The notes: generated from the letters alone by a model not told the origin. A stretch of 64,000 bases of DNA from Alphaproteobacteria bacterium (GCA_963665325.3 OZ224045.1:1152001-1216000), one strand, 5' to 3'. Counted from the first letter of the stretch, positions 40,026-49,576 are shown. Numbers and translations are program-made.

Positions 40026-42245
40026 TCAGAGCTCAAAGCCGGCGTCGGTCCCGCTCTCGTCTTGAGGACGCCGTTTGTTCGACCGGTTGCTCTTGCCAGT
40101 CGGTGTTTCCATGGACGGGGCCGGTGTCTCGTCCTGTCCGCCATTCCGGTGCCTGCGCCGCCTGCCTCGGCGCTGTTCTTGTCTCGGTTCGTCCTTCTGT
40201 TCAACCGTTTCGGAGGCCATTGGCCCTCGCGTTTGGAACTGCTGATCAATGACGGAGTGGTGCTCCGCGTAGCGCTTGCGCATGCTCGACCGCAGGCCGT
40301 CTCTCTCCTTCGGAGTCATTCTCGGTTGCCGTTCAAGCGCGCCGAGGGGGAACCGGAGCGGCACCGCCGTTCTTGTCGTGCCCCGCAGATGTGCGGCGAA
40401 GCAACCCTTGGGCTGTCGTTCAATGAAGTCCGGGTCGCAGGAGAGCATCGATGCAAGTGCGCGAGCGTCCTTGGCGGAGACGCCACCGGCGAACTTTATG
40501 GACGTATTGGCAGCGAAGGCGTCCTGCAAACGTGGCTCAAGCTGTCCGAGGTACTGGTGCGCCAGCACCATACCCACCTTGTACTTGCGCGCCTGGGCGA
40601 GGATGATGCCGATGTTGCGGTCGAAATAGTCGGCTGCCTCGTCGATATAGACAAATGTGGGCAGCCGTTCCCGTTCCGGCAGGGTCGCCCGCTCCTGTGC
40701 CGCTTGGGCGATGAGCGCGATAAAGAAGCGCCCGAATATCTCGGTGCCCTGTTCCTTGAGCAAATCCTTGGCGGTGTTGATGAGGATAACCTTGCCGGCG
40801 TTCATCTCGTTGAAGAGGTCGAGCTTCGAGCGTGGCGAAGAGAACATCCGATCGAAGGTCTGATTCTCGAGAATACCCCAGAGCCGGCGCAGTATCTGCT
40901 TTTTGGTCAGGTCGAACTCGCGCGAGGAAAATTCGGTCTCGAAGAAGTGCCGCGCGGAGCCCGTGAGCGTGGCAATGTGCTCGGCGAACTGCACATGGCC
41001 GTTTGGTTCCATAAGTTGACGGAGGGTATGGATGGTGGCGTTCGGCACCACGAGCATGAGTCGGGTGACGTAGCGGAATACCACATTCTGCTTCTGCGTC
41101 ATTTCGGCGGAAAGGAGCGACCCGAGCACGAAATCGTAGAGCTCCAGAATGGAATTAGTCAGTCGTTCTCGTTCAAGCGGCGCGTAGCCGGTAAGGCGGT
41201 CAAGGCCCGCGTCAAAGAGATTGAGCGATACCGGATACTCGACATCGCTCGGATCGATCAGCACGATTCGGTCGTGCAATGCTCCGCCAGGGGCAAACAC
41301 CGCGAGGCCGGCGATGGTCTCGATGAGGTCGCCCTGACTGTCGAGGACAATCACGGAGCGCTTCCCTGCCGCCACCGCCTCAAGGTCGCAGCCAACAAGG
41401 TACTGCAAGGTCTGGGTTTTGCCGTGTCCGCTGCCGGCAACGATATGGTGGTGCTCAAAGCGCGCGTCGGTCGGTAGCGGGAAGTCGATCTGCTGCGTGA
41501 AGAAATCAACAAGCGGCGTGCCACCAAGATAGGTGTCGAGAAGCTCCGCCGGATCGCTGAGTAACGATCTTGACGGTAGCTTCGGTGCACGGGAGAGTGC
41601 CTTCGCATTGTCGGGATTGCCTCCCGATGCGGCAATCGCGTTTCGCTCCAGACGACCGCGCAGCCGATTGCCTACGTCGGCGCGGACCAGCTCCTCGTCA
41701 AAGAATGCCGAGCAGGCGTTCTCCGTCATGGCGCCGGCACGGTCGAGATTGTTGACGAGATCGGTGGCGACGGTGATGTCCGTGTCGCTTGGCGCCTCCG
41801 CGAGGAGCGCAGGACAGGCGTGAAAGATCGGGGAGAGGAACCCCACGACCGCCTGTTGCAGCACCGCTCTCGCCTGCGGAAGGTTTCTGACAAGCGCGAG
41901 TTGGTAGTTGAGCGCGTCGCGCACTTCCCACCACTCAGCCACCGTGCGCTTCGTACACCAGTCGATGTCGGGAAGCCGGAACATAGATTCATAGTTGAAC
42001 AGTCGGGTTACCAGAATGGCGATCGGCTCAGCCTGGCGATGCTCGGCACTCAATCCGAAGGCGCTGAGCACATCGACGACAACATCCACAATGAGCCGGT
42101 CGCGCCCATGCGCTTCGATAAGGTCATGCTTTCTGAACAATCGACGCGCACGGTCTGCAAGCGCCCGTGCTTCATCCTCGTCATCGTACCAGAAGAGGCC
42201 ATGCGTGAAGGCGTGCCATCGGGGACCGAGGTGGAGGCGAAGCAT
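40026..42245 (-). CDS. VirD4/TraD-like type IV coupling ATPase with long N-terminal extension
   Basis: HHHIVAGSGHGKT, VLDSQGD, VYIDEA, AQARKYKVGMVLAHQYLGQ. Confidence 0.88.
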   Translation of the reverse strand: MLRLHLGPRWHAFTHGLFWYDDEDEARALADRARRLFRKHDLIEAHGRDRLIVDVVVDVLSAFGLSAEHRQAEPIAILVTRLFNYESMFRLPDIDWCTKRTVAEWWEVRDALNYQLALVRNLPQARAVLQQAVVGFLSPIFHACPALLAEAPSDTDITVATDLVNNLDRAGAMTENACSAFFDEELVRADVGNRLRGRLERNAIAASGGNPDNAKALSRAPKLPSRSLLSDPAELLDTYLGGTPLVDFFTQQIDFPLPTDARFEHHHIVAGSGHGKTQTLQYLVGCDLEAVAAGKRSVIVLDSQGDLIETIAGLAVFAPGGALHDRIVLIDPSDVEYPVSLNLFDAGLDRLTGYAPLERERLTNSILELYDFVLGSLLSAEMTQKQNVVFRYVTRLMLVVPNATIHTLRQLMEPNGHVQFAEHIATLTGSARHFFETEFSSREFDLTKKQILRRLWGILENQTFDRMFSSPRSKLDLFNEMNAGKVILINTAKDLLKEQGTEIFGRFFIALIAQAAQERATLPERERLPTFVYIDEAADYFDRNIGIILAQARKYKVGMVLAHQYLGQLEPRLQDAFAANTSIKFAGGVSAKDARALASMLSCDPDFIERQPKGCFAAHLRGTTRTAVPLRFPLGALERQPRMTPKERDGLRSSMRKRYAEHHSVIDQQFQTRGPMASETVEQKDEPRQEQRRGRRRRHRNGGQDETPAPSMETPTGKSNRSNKRRPQDESGTDAGFEL

Positions 42246-42254
42246 CTGAATGCC

Positions 42255-42761
42255 TCAGAGCACAAACCGTCGAGCTTCCTCGACCGGAAGCGGACGAACC
42301 TTACGTTGCTCGGTACCGCCCCAGTGCTTTGCACTCTCAAGCAGTTGGCGGAGATAGCCGGCGGCATTCTCCAGCCATGCCTCTTTGCGAATGAGCTCGA
42401 CGACACTGACGCAGGAGAAGTATCGACCGTGGAGCAAATCCTTGACCAGAATTGTCTCTCGCTTCTCGGTGAAATACCAGAAAGCGCCGCCGCCTCCCGC
42501 AAACACGCTCAAAAGAAATGCCAGCACCATACCCAACCCCATCGCGAGAAGAGCGAATACGATGAGAAAGATCGCGACCCCTGCGATGACGGTGTTTCTG
42601 AACAAGTGTTCCTGTTCCGCCTGAATCATGACCGCGTTGTCGAGTCGGTAGCGCTTGAGCAATTCCTTCTCCTCGTCATCCAGCTCAATCTTGCCCCATA
42701 ACTTGAATCGTACTCTTCTCAGTCTTCCAAGGGTTTGTTCCCGTTTGAATAGCAGTTCCAT
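42255..42761 (-). CDS. hypothetical two-TM membrane protein, first gene of the mobilisation operon
   Basis: AAGGAAG RBS; hydrophobic hairpin IAGVAIFLIVFALLAMGLGMVLAFLLSVFAGG. Confidence 0.75.
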   Translation of the reverse strand: MELLFKREQTLGRLRRVRFKLWGKIELDDEEKELLKRYRLDNAVMIQAEQEHLFRNTVIAGVAIFLIVFALLAMGLGMVLAFLLSVFAGGGGAFWYFTEKRETILVKDLLHGRYFSCVSVVELIRKEAWLENAAGYLRQLLESAKHWGGTEQRKVRPLPVEEARRFVL

Positions 42762-43104
42762 TTCTTCTTCCTTTTCTGTCTCTCTGCTATTCCCGTTCTC
42801 TCTCAATGTGACCGTAGGGAACATTGGGAGAGGGGAGAGGGCGAGGGGTGGGGTTTGGGGTAGCTATGCATGAACCCGCCCAGGGTTCATTCTCTTTGGA
42901 GGAGGAAAGAGAATGAAGTCGCGGAAAGCGGCGGAGACGCGGGGGCATGGAATGTGTCGCTCTGGATGGGGATATGGTCGGCAGGGTCATGGGGATACAG
43001 GAAGTCCTTGGGCGTGTCCCCATCGGGAGGGCTCGCGGGTTTAGCATGATTGGATAGAGAGATGGGCGGCCGGGTGTGTGCACGCCCGACCGCCCTGCTC
43101 CCAT

Positions 43105-43302
43105 TCAGGAGTGTCGGGCAGGAGTTTCGCGACGGTCCATCCTGGACTGGAGCCAGTCGAGCACCTCCTCCTCTACCCATCCCACGCGGTTCTCGCCGAG
43201 CTTGACCCGCTTGGGGAATCTGCCCGCCTTTTCCAGCCGTGCGATGTGCTGCGGTGAGTACAAGACCAACTCCTTCAGCTGGCGTTTTGAAAGTATCCTC
43301 AT
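43105..43302 (-). CDS. AlpA-family regulator / excisionase
   Basis: RLEKAGRFPKRVKLGENRVGWVEEEV; typical partner of P4-like integrases. Confidence 0.9.
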   Translation of the reverse strand: MRILSKRQLKELVLYSPQHIARLEKAGRFPKRVKLGENRVGWVEEEVLDWLQSRMDRRETPARHS

Positions 43303-43402
43303 CTCGATGCCTCCGTGAGTGGAGAGCATCGCGATGCCCCAGGGTTGACAATGACCTAGGTGGCGCGATGGTAGCGGCAATCTGGAGTACGGAAAAGCGC
43401 CC

Positions 43403-44017
43403 ATGTCCGCACAGACAGTCGTTGCAGAAACGAGACGAAGGGCAACCTACCAGGATGTGCTCAATGCGCCGCCGCACAAGGTGGCCGAGGTTGTTGAGGG
43501 AGTGCTCTACACCAACCCGAGACCGGCACCACGACATGCGATAGCCAGTTCCGGAATTGGCGCAAGCATTTCACCTCCTTTCAACTACGGACGCGGCGGC
43601 CCTGGTGGCTGGTGGATCATCGATGAGCCGGAACTGCATCTCGATGAAGATATATTGGTGCCCGACCTCGCAGGCTGGCGGCGGGAGCGTATGTCGGCGA
43701 TCCCCGCCACCGCGTATTTCACGCTTGCTCCGGACTGGGTGTGCGAAGTGCTCTCGCCCTCCACTCGAGCGCTCGACCAGGGACGGAAACGGGCACTCTA
43801 TGCCCGCGAAGGGGTAGGCTATCTGTGGTTCGTCGATCCCGACGCCCGCACGCTTGAAGCGTTTGAGCTGAACGACCGCCGCTGGGTGTTGCTTGAGACA
43901 CTGACGGGCGATGCCACGGTCTCGCTGCCGCCGTTCGAGGCGATCCAATTCAGCCTCAGTGACCTCTGGGTCGATATAGAGTCGGAGCAGGACACCGGTC
44001 GGGACGGAACCGTCTAG
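43403..44017 (+). CDS. Uma2 family endonuclease
   Basis: ATYQD, EPELHL, PDLAGW, PDWVCEVLSPST, K..LYA. Confidence 0.92.
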   Translation: MSAQTVVAETRRRATYQDVLNAPPHKVAEVVEGVLYTNPRPAPRHAIASSGIGASISPPFNYGRGGPGGWWIIDEPELHLDEDILVPDLAGWRRERMSAIPATAYFTLAPDWVCEVLSPSTRALDQGRKRALYAREGVGYLWFVDPDARTLEAFELNDRRWVLLETLTGDATVSLPPFEAIQFSLSDLWVDIESEQDTGRDGTV

Positions 44018-44108
44018 CCTGATCGGTCCCCTCATGGACGGCCCTCAGCACACTGCTTGACTCATTCTTTGCCCGCTTTTACCGTCATATCTGCGACGTT
44101 CACACAGA

Positions 44109-44269
44109 CCCGCTCTGTCGGGTCGCCCGCTGAATATAACAGCCTGATACCCAGCACGGGGTAGCTCCCCATGCGTGGTGAATAGGCGGGACTTCACATC
44201 TGTTCTGTGTGACGTCGCAACGGCCCGGCGCCAGCCGGTGCGGGTCACGCAACCGACTGGAGAGGGATC
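44109..44269 (+). promoter_or_regulatory. conserved structured 161-nt leader, copy 2
   Basis: Homologous to 37785-37945; GACCCG-CTCTGT-CGGGTC and GGGG-TAGCT-CCCC hairpins. Confidence 0.75.
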
Positions 44270-45250
44270 ATGTTCAACCGCTTCACTATTGCTGCCGCCG
44301 TCATCCTTGCGCTTGCCGCCTGCGGAGGCGGCGGTTCAGCAGTTGTTGGGCCGGTTGGCTCCAAGATGGAATCTGAATCCAGCTCAGGCACCAACAGTGT
44401 GCTATCCAAGTACCATCGCCATCTAAACGACGGAGATTCAAATGACGCATGGCCTGAAGTCGGAGACTACACCCATATCTTTCATTTCCTCGTTGGCGAA
44501 TCCATCGGTGATGGATTATTTGCCATAGCTCCATCAAATGTTTCGTGTCAGGAAGAGAGTTGTTGGGCTTCCGAAGCAGCGGCTAATTCGCTAGGGTCGG
44601 TTGCGGGAGTTCAACGTGTTATGGAGCATGCCAATATCCCCGTGTATCGAATACACGGAGAGAATACCTTTGCGGGGTTCGACTACAACACCTACGGAGC
44701 GTGGCTCGAATTCTCATCGTTCACCGTTGCGCGCACCTGTGACATCGGCGAAGATTGCGGCTTACGCGCCGCCTTCGACAGTGCCATACCAGCCGTTGGC
44801 GGCCAGCCGTCTGGATCCAAACCGAGAGGGCTAGGGTCGGCCTCTTGGCTCGGTGTCGTGATTGCCGCCGATACGCAAACTTACAATCTCATCCTCGGTG
44901 ACGCGGAGATAAGTATTAACGACCTAACTGCAGTCACTCCTCTTGTGGATGTCACACTGACTAGGCTGTGGGATGTCGATGCCGGTATCGCACGCGCCGA
45001 CATTCGATGGCATGGCCTTCCCATTAGTGATAGCAGTCAAACCATCAATGTGCCTGTAGTCAACGCTTCGCCGGCTGGTGCGTTTGGGCGTGGCCACATC
45101 CCGTTTCCCTACTCCGGTGTAGTCACCCACGACGGACGCGATGACTACGTAATGGGACAGTTCTTCGGCAATGCGCATCAGGAGGTAAGCGGAAAATTCG
45201 TACATCGAGCCACATCCACGGCAGGAGTGTTCGGCGGGAAACGTCAATGA
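44270..45250 (+). CDS. surface lipoprotein with TbpB-like C-terminal beta-barrel
   Basis: Lipobox LAAC-GGGGS; YGAWLE, ASWLG, MGQFFGNAHQEVSGKF...GVFGGKR. Confidence 0.78.
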   Translation: MFNRFTIAAAVILALAACGGGGSAVVGPVGSKMESESSSGTNSVLSKYHRHLNDGDSNDAWPEVGDYTHIFHFLVGESIGDGLFAIAPSNVSCQEESCWASEAAANSLGSVAGVQRVMEHANIPVYRIHGENTFAGFDYNTYGAWLEFSSFTVARTCDIGEDCGLRAAFDSAIPAVGGQPSGSKPRGLGSASWLGVVIAADTQTYNLILGDAEISINDLTAVTPLVDVTLTRLWDVDAGIARADIRWHGLPISDSSQTINVPVVNASPAGAFGRGHIPFPYSGVVTHDGRDDYVMGQFFGNAHQEVSGKFVHRATSTAGVFGGKRQ

Positions 45251-45655
45251 GGCGACGCGCTTGCGAATGCTGATCGGCGAGCTGCCGACGACGTGCCAGT
45301 TCGTCTGGTGGACCGAGTCCGCGTTGCTGGTGAACGCTCAATGCCCCAAGCAGCATGCTAACGCCGCTAATGTCGGGGCAGGACGAGTTGCCACCACCAC
45401 CAACAAGGTGATTGACACTGTCTGCTCACGGAGGCATTAGCAGATACCGAACGGCGGACTGTCCAGACGAACCTCGCGGTCGGGGATAATCTGCTGCTTC
45501 GCCCCGTTCTCTGGAGGACGCATATCCTCCGGAGAACATTCTCTCGCAATACCATACTCCCTCACCGAGTCACCTTCTGGATGGGGGATAGAAAGGTGGA
45601 TAGATATTTGTCTAGAGACAAATTACCTACTAATAACAACATATTGTCACATGCG

Positions 45656-45677
45656 TCAAGTCTCTCCTGCGGCACCA
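45656..45677 (+). repeat. attR: duplicated 3' end of tRNA-Thr
   Basis: Exact match to 29510-29531. Confidence 0.95.
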
Positions 45678-45794
45678 TTCCCGGATTCGGCGGCCTTTCG
45701 GTATTCTCCGCTTGAGAGCGTTTGGCGGGGCCTGTCCGAACGGGAAATACCTGTCTGCGAAGACCAGCAGGCGCGGGGGGGATACGGCGGCGGC

Positions 45795-47156
45795 ATGATC
45801 GAGTTGTTCGGGGGCGTGGTCGGCGGGCTCGGCCTTTTCGTCGTCGGGATGCGGTTCCTGACGGAGAACCTGAAGAAACTGGCGAGCCGGCGGCTGCGCC
45901 GGACGGCGCAACGCTTGACCGGGCGTCCCCTTATCGCCTTCTGCTGGGGTGTGCTTGCCGGCGGCGCCACCCAGAGCATGACCGCATTGGTCTTTATCGT
46001 GGTGAGCATCCTGCGCTCGGGGCTGACAACGACGAAAGGCGCATTTGCGCTTACTTTAGGCGGCACCGCCGGGACGACGCTTCTTGTGCTGGTCGTCACC
46101 TTCGACATCAGGGCGGTTTCGCTGTTTGTACTGGGTATTGCCGGCGTTGCGGTGGCCAGTGAAGCCATGGCGAAATACCGCTCGGTTGCGGCGTCGTTGT
46201 TCGGCGGTGCCATGATTATTCTCGGGCTGACACTGCTGAAAGATGCGGCGGCGCCGCTGGCCGACCAGCCCTGGTTCCGGGATATGCTGGAATGGGCCGG
46301 GGATTCGCCGATTCTCGCCTGTCTGGTCGCTGCAATGCTGACAGCCGTGGTGCAATCCTCGAGCGCGGTGTCAGTATTCGGCATCAGCCTGGCGGCCGTC
46401 GGGGTCCTCACTGCGGACCAGACCATCATGGTCATCTACGGCAGCTTCATCGGCTCCGGCGCGATCATGTACATTTTGTCGGTGAACCTGAAAGGCAGGT
46501 CCCGCCAGGTCGCCATGTATCTGGTGTCTTTGAACCTGGCGATCTGCGCGATCGCGATCCCCCTGTTCTATCTCGAACTCCATCTCGGCATTCCAGCGGT
46601 CAAGGCCCTCGTTCTTTCCCCGCCTCGCGATCTGGACCAGCAGCTGGCCCTCGCTTACCTCATCATCACCATAGTCCCCATTCCTGTCTTGCTCCTGCTG
46701 CTTGGACCGACGGCCGTGGCTTTCGAGAAACTCTGGCCGGAATCGCCCATCGACGAGTTGTCGAAGGCGCAATTCATTTACGATCATGCTTCGGTGGATA
46801 TCGGCACATCGGCAATGCTCGTCGAACTTGAGCAGAAGCGCGTGTTCCGGATGCTGTCGCGGTATTTCGACGCCGTGCGGCGGGATGCAGACCTGAGGCA
46901 GATACGGACCGCATGCCGGAATGTGCTGGCCGAGGTCTCCCATTTTCTGGATGACCTTCACGAGACTCATCCCATGCAGGGAATGGAAAGCCGCAACACG
47001 ATGCTGAGCCGCCTGAAGCTTCTTTCGTGGATGGAAAGTGCGGTAGGGGATATGTGCGAGGCCCTGCTGGATCTCAAGGGCCGGCCGGGGCTGGAAAAGT
47101 TCCGCATGGACATTTGCGAGGGGGTGGACACCGTATTGCGCACCGATGGGTGCTAA
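45795..47156 (+). CDS. Na/Pi cotransporter family protein, probably 3'-truncated
   Basis: GGLGLFVVGM, ATQSMTA, VVQSSSA repeats; the PhoU-like tail ends abruptly at AT-rich sequence before the integrases. Confidence 0.8.
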   Translation: MIELFGGVVGGLGLFVVGMRFLTENLKKLASRRLRRTAQRLTGRPLIAFCWGVLAGGATQSMTALVFIVVSILRSGLTTTKGAFALTLGGTAGTTLLVLVVTFDIRAVSLFVLGIAGVAVASEAMAKYRSVAASLFGGAMIILGLTLLKDAAAPLADQPWFRDMLEWAGDSPILACLVAAMLTAVVQSSSAVSVFGISLAAVGVLTADQTIMVIYGSFIGSGAIMYILSVNLKGRSRQVAMYLVSLNLAICAIAIPLFYLELHLGIPAVKALVLSPPRDLDQQLALAYLIITIVPIPVLLLLLGPTAVAFEKLWPESPIDELSKAQFIYDHASVDIGTSAMLVELEQKRVFRMLSRYFDAVRRDADLRQIRTACRNVLAEVSHFLDDLHETHPMQGMESRNTMLSRLKLLSWMESAVGDMCEALLDLKGRPGLEKFRMDICEGVDTVLRTDGC

Positions 47157-47258
47157 CTATCTGATATAGAGCTGTTTTTTCTCCCGAAATGTGGCAGTCG
47201 GGGAAGTGGAGTGCAATCCCTTTCTTCCCAGGCTGCAACCGGAGCCGGGAGAAATCCG

Positions 47259-48383
47259 TTGCCGAGAACCAACCTCACCGAGACCCGCGTCAGGGTGCTC
47301 AGGCCTCGCAAGTCCGTCCGCGAGGTTCGCGACAGCAAGCTCAAGGGCTTTGGCGTCCGTGTGTCGCCCTCGGGCCGCAAGCAGTTCTTCATCCACTGCC
47401 AGCATAGCGGCGAACGCATCTGGAAGATCGTCGGCGACGCCGGAAGCATGAGCGTCATGGACGCGCGGGCTTCGGCTGCCGAAATGCTCACCGCCATCAG
47501 GCGCGGCAAGGAGGCGCTCCACGCGCCCGGCGAGACACTGTTCGAAGCCATCGCCGAAGCCGCCTTCCAGCGTCACGAGCGGCGCTGGAAACCGGGTACG
47601 ATGGTCGTGAACCGCAGTCATCTGCGCAACCGGATCATGCCGCATTTCGCCGGGCGACAGATTGCCGAGATCGACCGGCAGGAGGTGAGGAACTGGTTCG
47701 CCCGCCTGCGCGCGACGCCAGTTGCGGCAGACAGGTCCATGCCGGTCCTGTCCGTCATCATGAGGGAGGCGGAACGGATGGGCATGCGTCCGGAGGGTTC
47801 CAATCCCTGCCGGGGCATCCGGCGCTACCGTCGCAAGGGTCGCGAGCGGTTCCTCTCCGACGACGAAATCCGCCGGCTGTCCGCAAGGCTCAGGGTGTAT
47901 GAGACCCGTTGGGTGCCGCAGGTCGCCATCATCCGCCTGTTGCTGCTCACGGGCTGCCGCAAGAGCGAAATCCTGACCCTGCAATGGTCCGACTACCGCG
48001 ACGGCCGCCTGTTCCTGCGCGACGGCAAGACGGGGCCCCGAACCGTGTGGCTGTCCGACCCGGCCCGGGCCATTCTCGACGACCTTGCGCCGAAGGGCCG
48101 ATGGGTATTTCCCGCATCGCGGGCCGACCGGCCCGGCAGCGCGGCCTGGCTCGACAGGTTCTGGATCAGGGTCCGAGCCGAGGCGGAACTGGAGGATGTG
48201 CATCTTCATGACCTGCGCCATACCGTAGCCAGCCTGGCTCTCAGGCAGGGCGAGACCGTTCTGTCCATCGGCCGGCTGCTCGGACATCGCAGGGCGGAGA
48301 CGACGCTGAAATACATCCACCTCGCGGACGCCATGGTGCAGGACGCGGCCGAGACGGTCGGAAATGCGCTGGAGGGAGAGTGA
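47259..48383 (+). CDS. tyrosine integrase with arm-binding domain (tandem copy A)
   Basis: DSKLKGFGVRVSPSGRK arm domain; TGCRKSE, KTG, HDLRHT, LLGH, TLKY. Confidence 0.93.
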   Translation: MPRTNLTETRVRVLRPRKSVREVRDSKLKGFGVRVSPSGRKQFFIHCQHSGERIWKIVGDAGSMSVMDARASAAEMLTAIRRGKEALHAPGETLFEAIAEAAFQRHERRWKPGTMVVNRSHLRNRIMPHFAGRQIAEIDRQEVRNWFARLRATPVAADRSMPVLSVIMREAERMGMRPEGSNPCRGIRRYRRKGRERFLSDDEIRRLSARLRVYETRWVPQVAIIRLLLLTGCRKSEILTLQWSDYRDGRLFLRDGKTGPRTVWLSDPARAILDDLAPKGRWVFPASRADRPGSAAWLDRFWIRVRAEAELEDVHLHDLRHTVASLALRQGETVLSIGRLLGHRRAETTLKYIHLADAMVQDAAETVGNALEGE

Positions 48384-49576
48384 TGGCGGGCAGGGAACGG
48401 ATGAAACTTACCGACGCCGCCGTCTCCCGGCTTCGCCCCCGCGAGCGGGAATACACGGTCTGGGACACGCGCGTGGCCGGCCTCGGCGTCCGCGTGCGGC
48501 CTTCCGGCGGGCGCAGCTATGTGCTGCTTCTGGACATAGGTGGGCGCACGAAGCGCGTCTCGCTCGGTCCGGTCGGTGTGAAGAGCCTGGACGAGGTTCG
48601 CAGGGAATGCCATGCCCGCAGGGCGAACCCGGAGCCGGAGGAAAAGCCCGTGCCGGCTCGTCAGGTCCCGCTGTTCCGGGACTTCGTCGCCGGCGCATGG
48701 AAGGAAGCCCATTTCGACGGCTACAAGCCTTCGACGCAGAAAACCGCCCGGTATCAATTGTCAGGCCAGCTTCTGCCGACATTCGGAGCGAAGCCGTTGA
48801 ACCGCCTCGGGGAAGCCGGAATCAAGCGCTGGTTCGACCGCCACAGCCGGACAGCCCCGAGCAACGCCAATCACTGCCTTGCCTGCCTCCGACAGATCCT
48901 GAACTTCGCCGTCGCCTGCGGTTATATCGAAAGCAACCCCGCCAATGGCATCGAGTGCAACCGGCGCCCGAAGCTCACCCGATTCCTGTCCCGGGAGGAA
49001 CTCAGACGCCTCTACGCTGCCCTCGACGTGGAGACGGGCAAGGGGAACATGCAGCCGGCCGACATCATCCGCCTCCTGCTGCTGACCGGCTGCCGCAAGA
49101 GCGAGATCGTCAACCTCAGCTGGTCGGAAGTCCGTGAAGAGGGATTGGCCCTCACGGACTCGAAGACCGGTCCGAGGACGGTCCCGCTGGGCAGTCGGGC
49201 GCGCGCCATTCTCGACCGGCAGCCGCGCAGCGAGAGCCCTTTCGTGTTTCCCTCGCCGCTCGACCCCGTACGCCCGCGCGATTCCGATCTCCCGTTCTGG
49301 TACCGCGTCAGGCGCGAAGCCGGCATCGAGGACGTGCGCCTTCATGACCTGCGTCATACGATGGCCAGCCACGCCGTGATGAACGGCGTGCCGGTGCCGG
49401 TGGTCTCGCGCCTGCTCGGGCACTCCAATGTTCATATGACGCTGCGCTACGCCCATCTCGCCGACCGCGATATCGAGGCGGCGGCAGAGCGGACCGGGCA
49501 GGCGATGGCGCAACTCATGGGACTGGGCCTTCAAATGCACCCCTTGGATACGCCGAACGGCGGGTCGTCCGGATAA
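48380..49576 (+). CDS. tyrosine integrase with arm-binding domain (tandem copy B)
   Basis: WDTRVAGLGVRVRPSG; TGCRKSE, KTG, HDLRHT, LLGH, TLRY; overlaps copy A (GTGA). Confidence 0.93.
   Translation: MMAGRERMKLTDAAVSRLRPREREYTVWDTRVAGLGVRVRPSGGRSYVLLLDIGGRTKRVSLGPVGVKSLDEVRRECHARRANPEPEEKPVPARQVPLFRDFVAGAWKEAHFDGYKPSTQKTARYQLSGQLLPTFGAKPLNRLGEAGIKRWFDRHSRTAPSNANHCLACLRQILNFAVACGYIESNPANGIECNRRPKLTRFLSREELRRLYAALDVETGKGNMQPADIIRLLLLTGCRKSEIVNLSWSEVREEGLALTDSKTGPRTVPLGSRARAILDRQPRSESPFVFPSPLDPVRPRDSDLPFWYRVRREAGIEDVRLHDLRHTMASHAVMNGVPVPVVSRLLGHSNVHMTLRYAHLADRDIEAAAERTGQAMAQLMGLGLQMHPLDTPNGGSSG

Larger units (their letters stand above)
29510..45677. mobile_element. tRNA-Thr-integrated genomic island (candidate integrative mobilisable element), ~16.1 kb
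   Basis: Perfect 22-bp direct repeat TCAAGTCTCTCCTGCGGCACCA at 29510-29531 and 45656-45677; adjacent integrase; drop in GC; AlpA, relaxase-like and coupling-protein-like genes. Confidence 0.95.

Noticed and set aside
29510-45677. Prophage or phage satellite
   Set aside because: No capsid, terminase, tail or primase genes are recognisable despite the P4-like integrase and AlpA.
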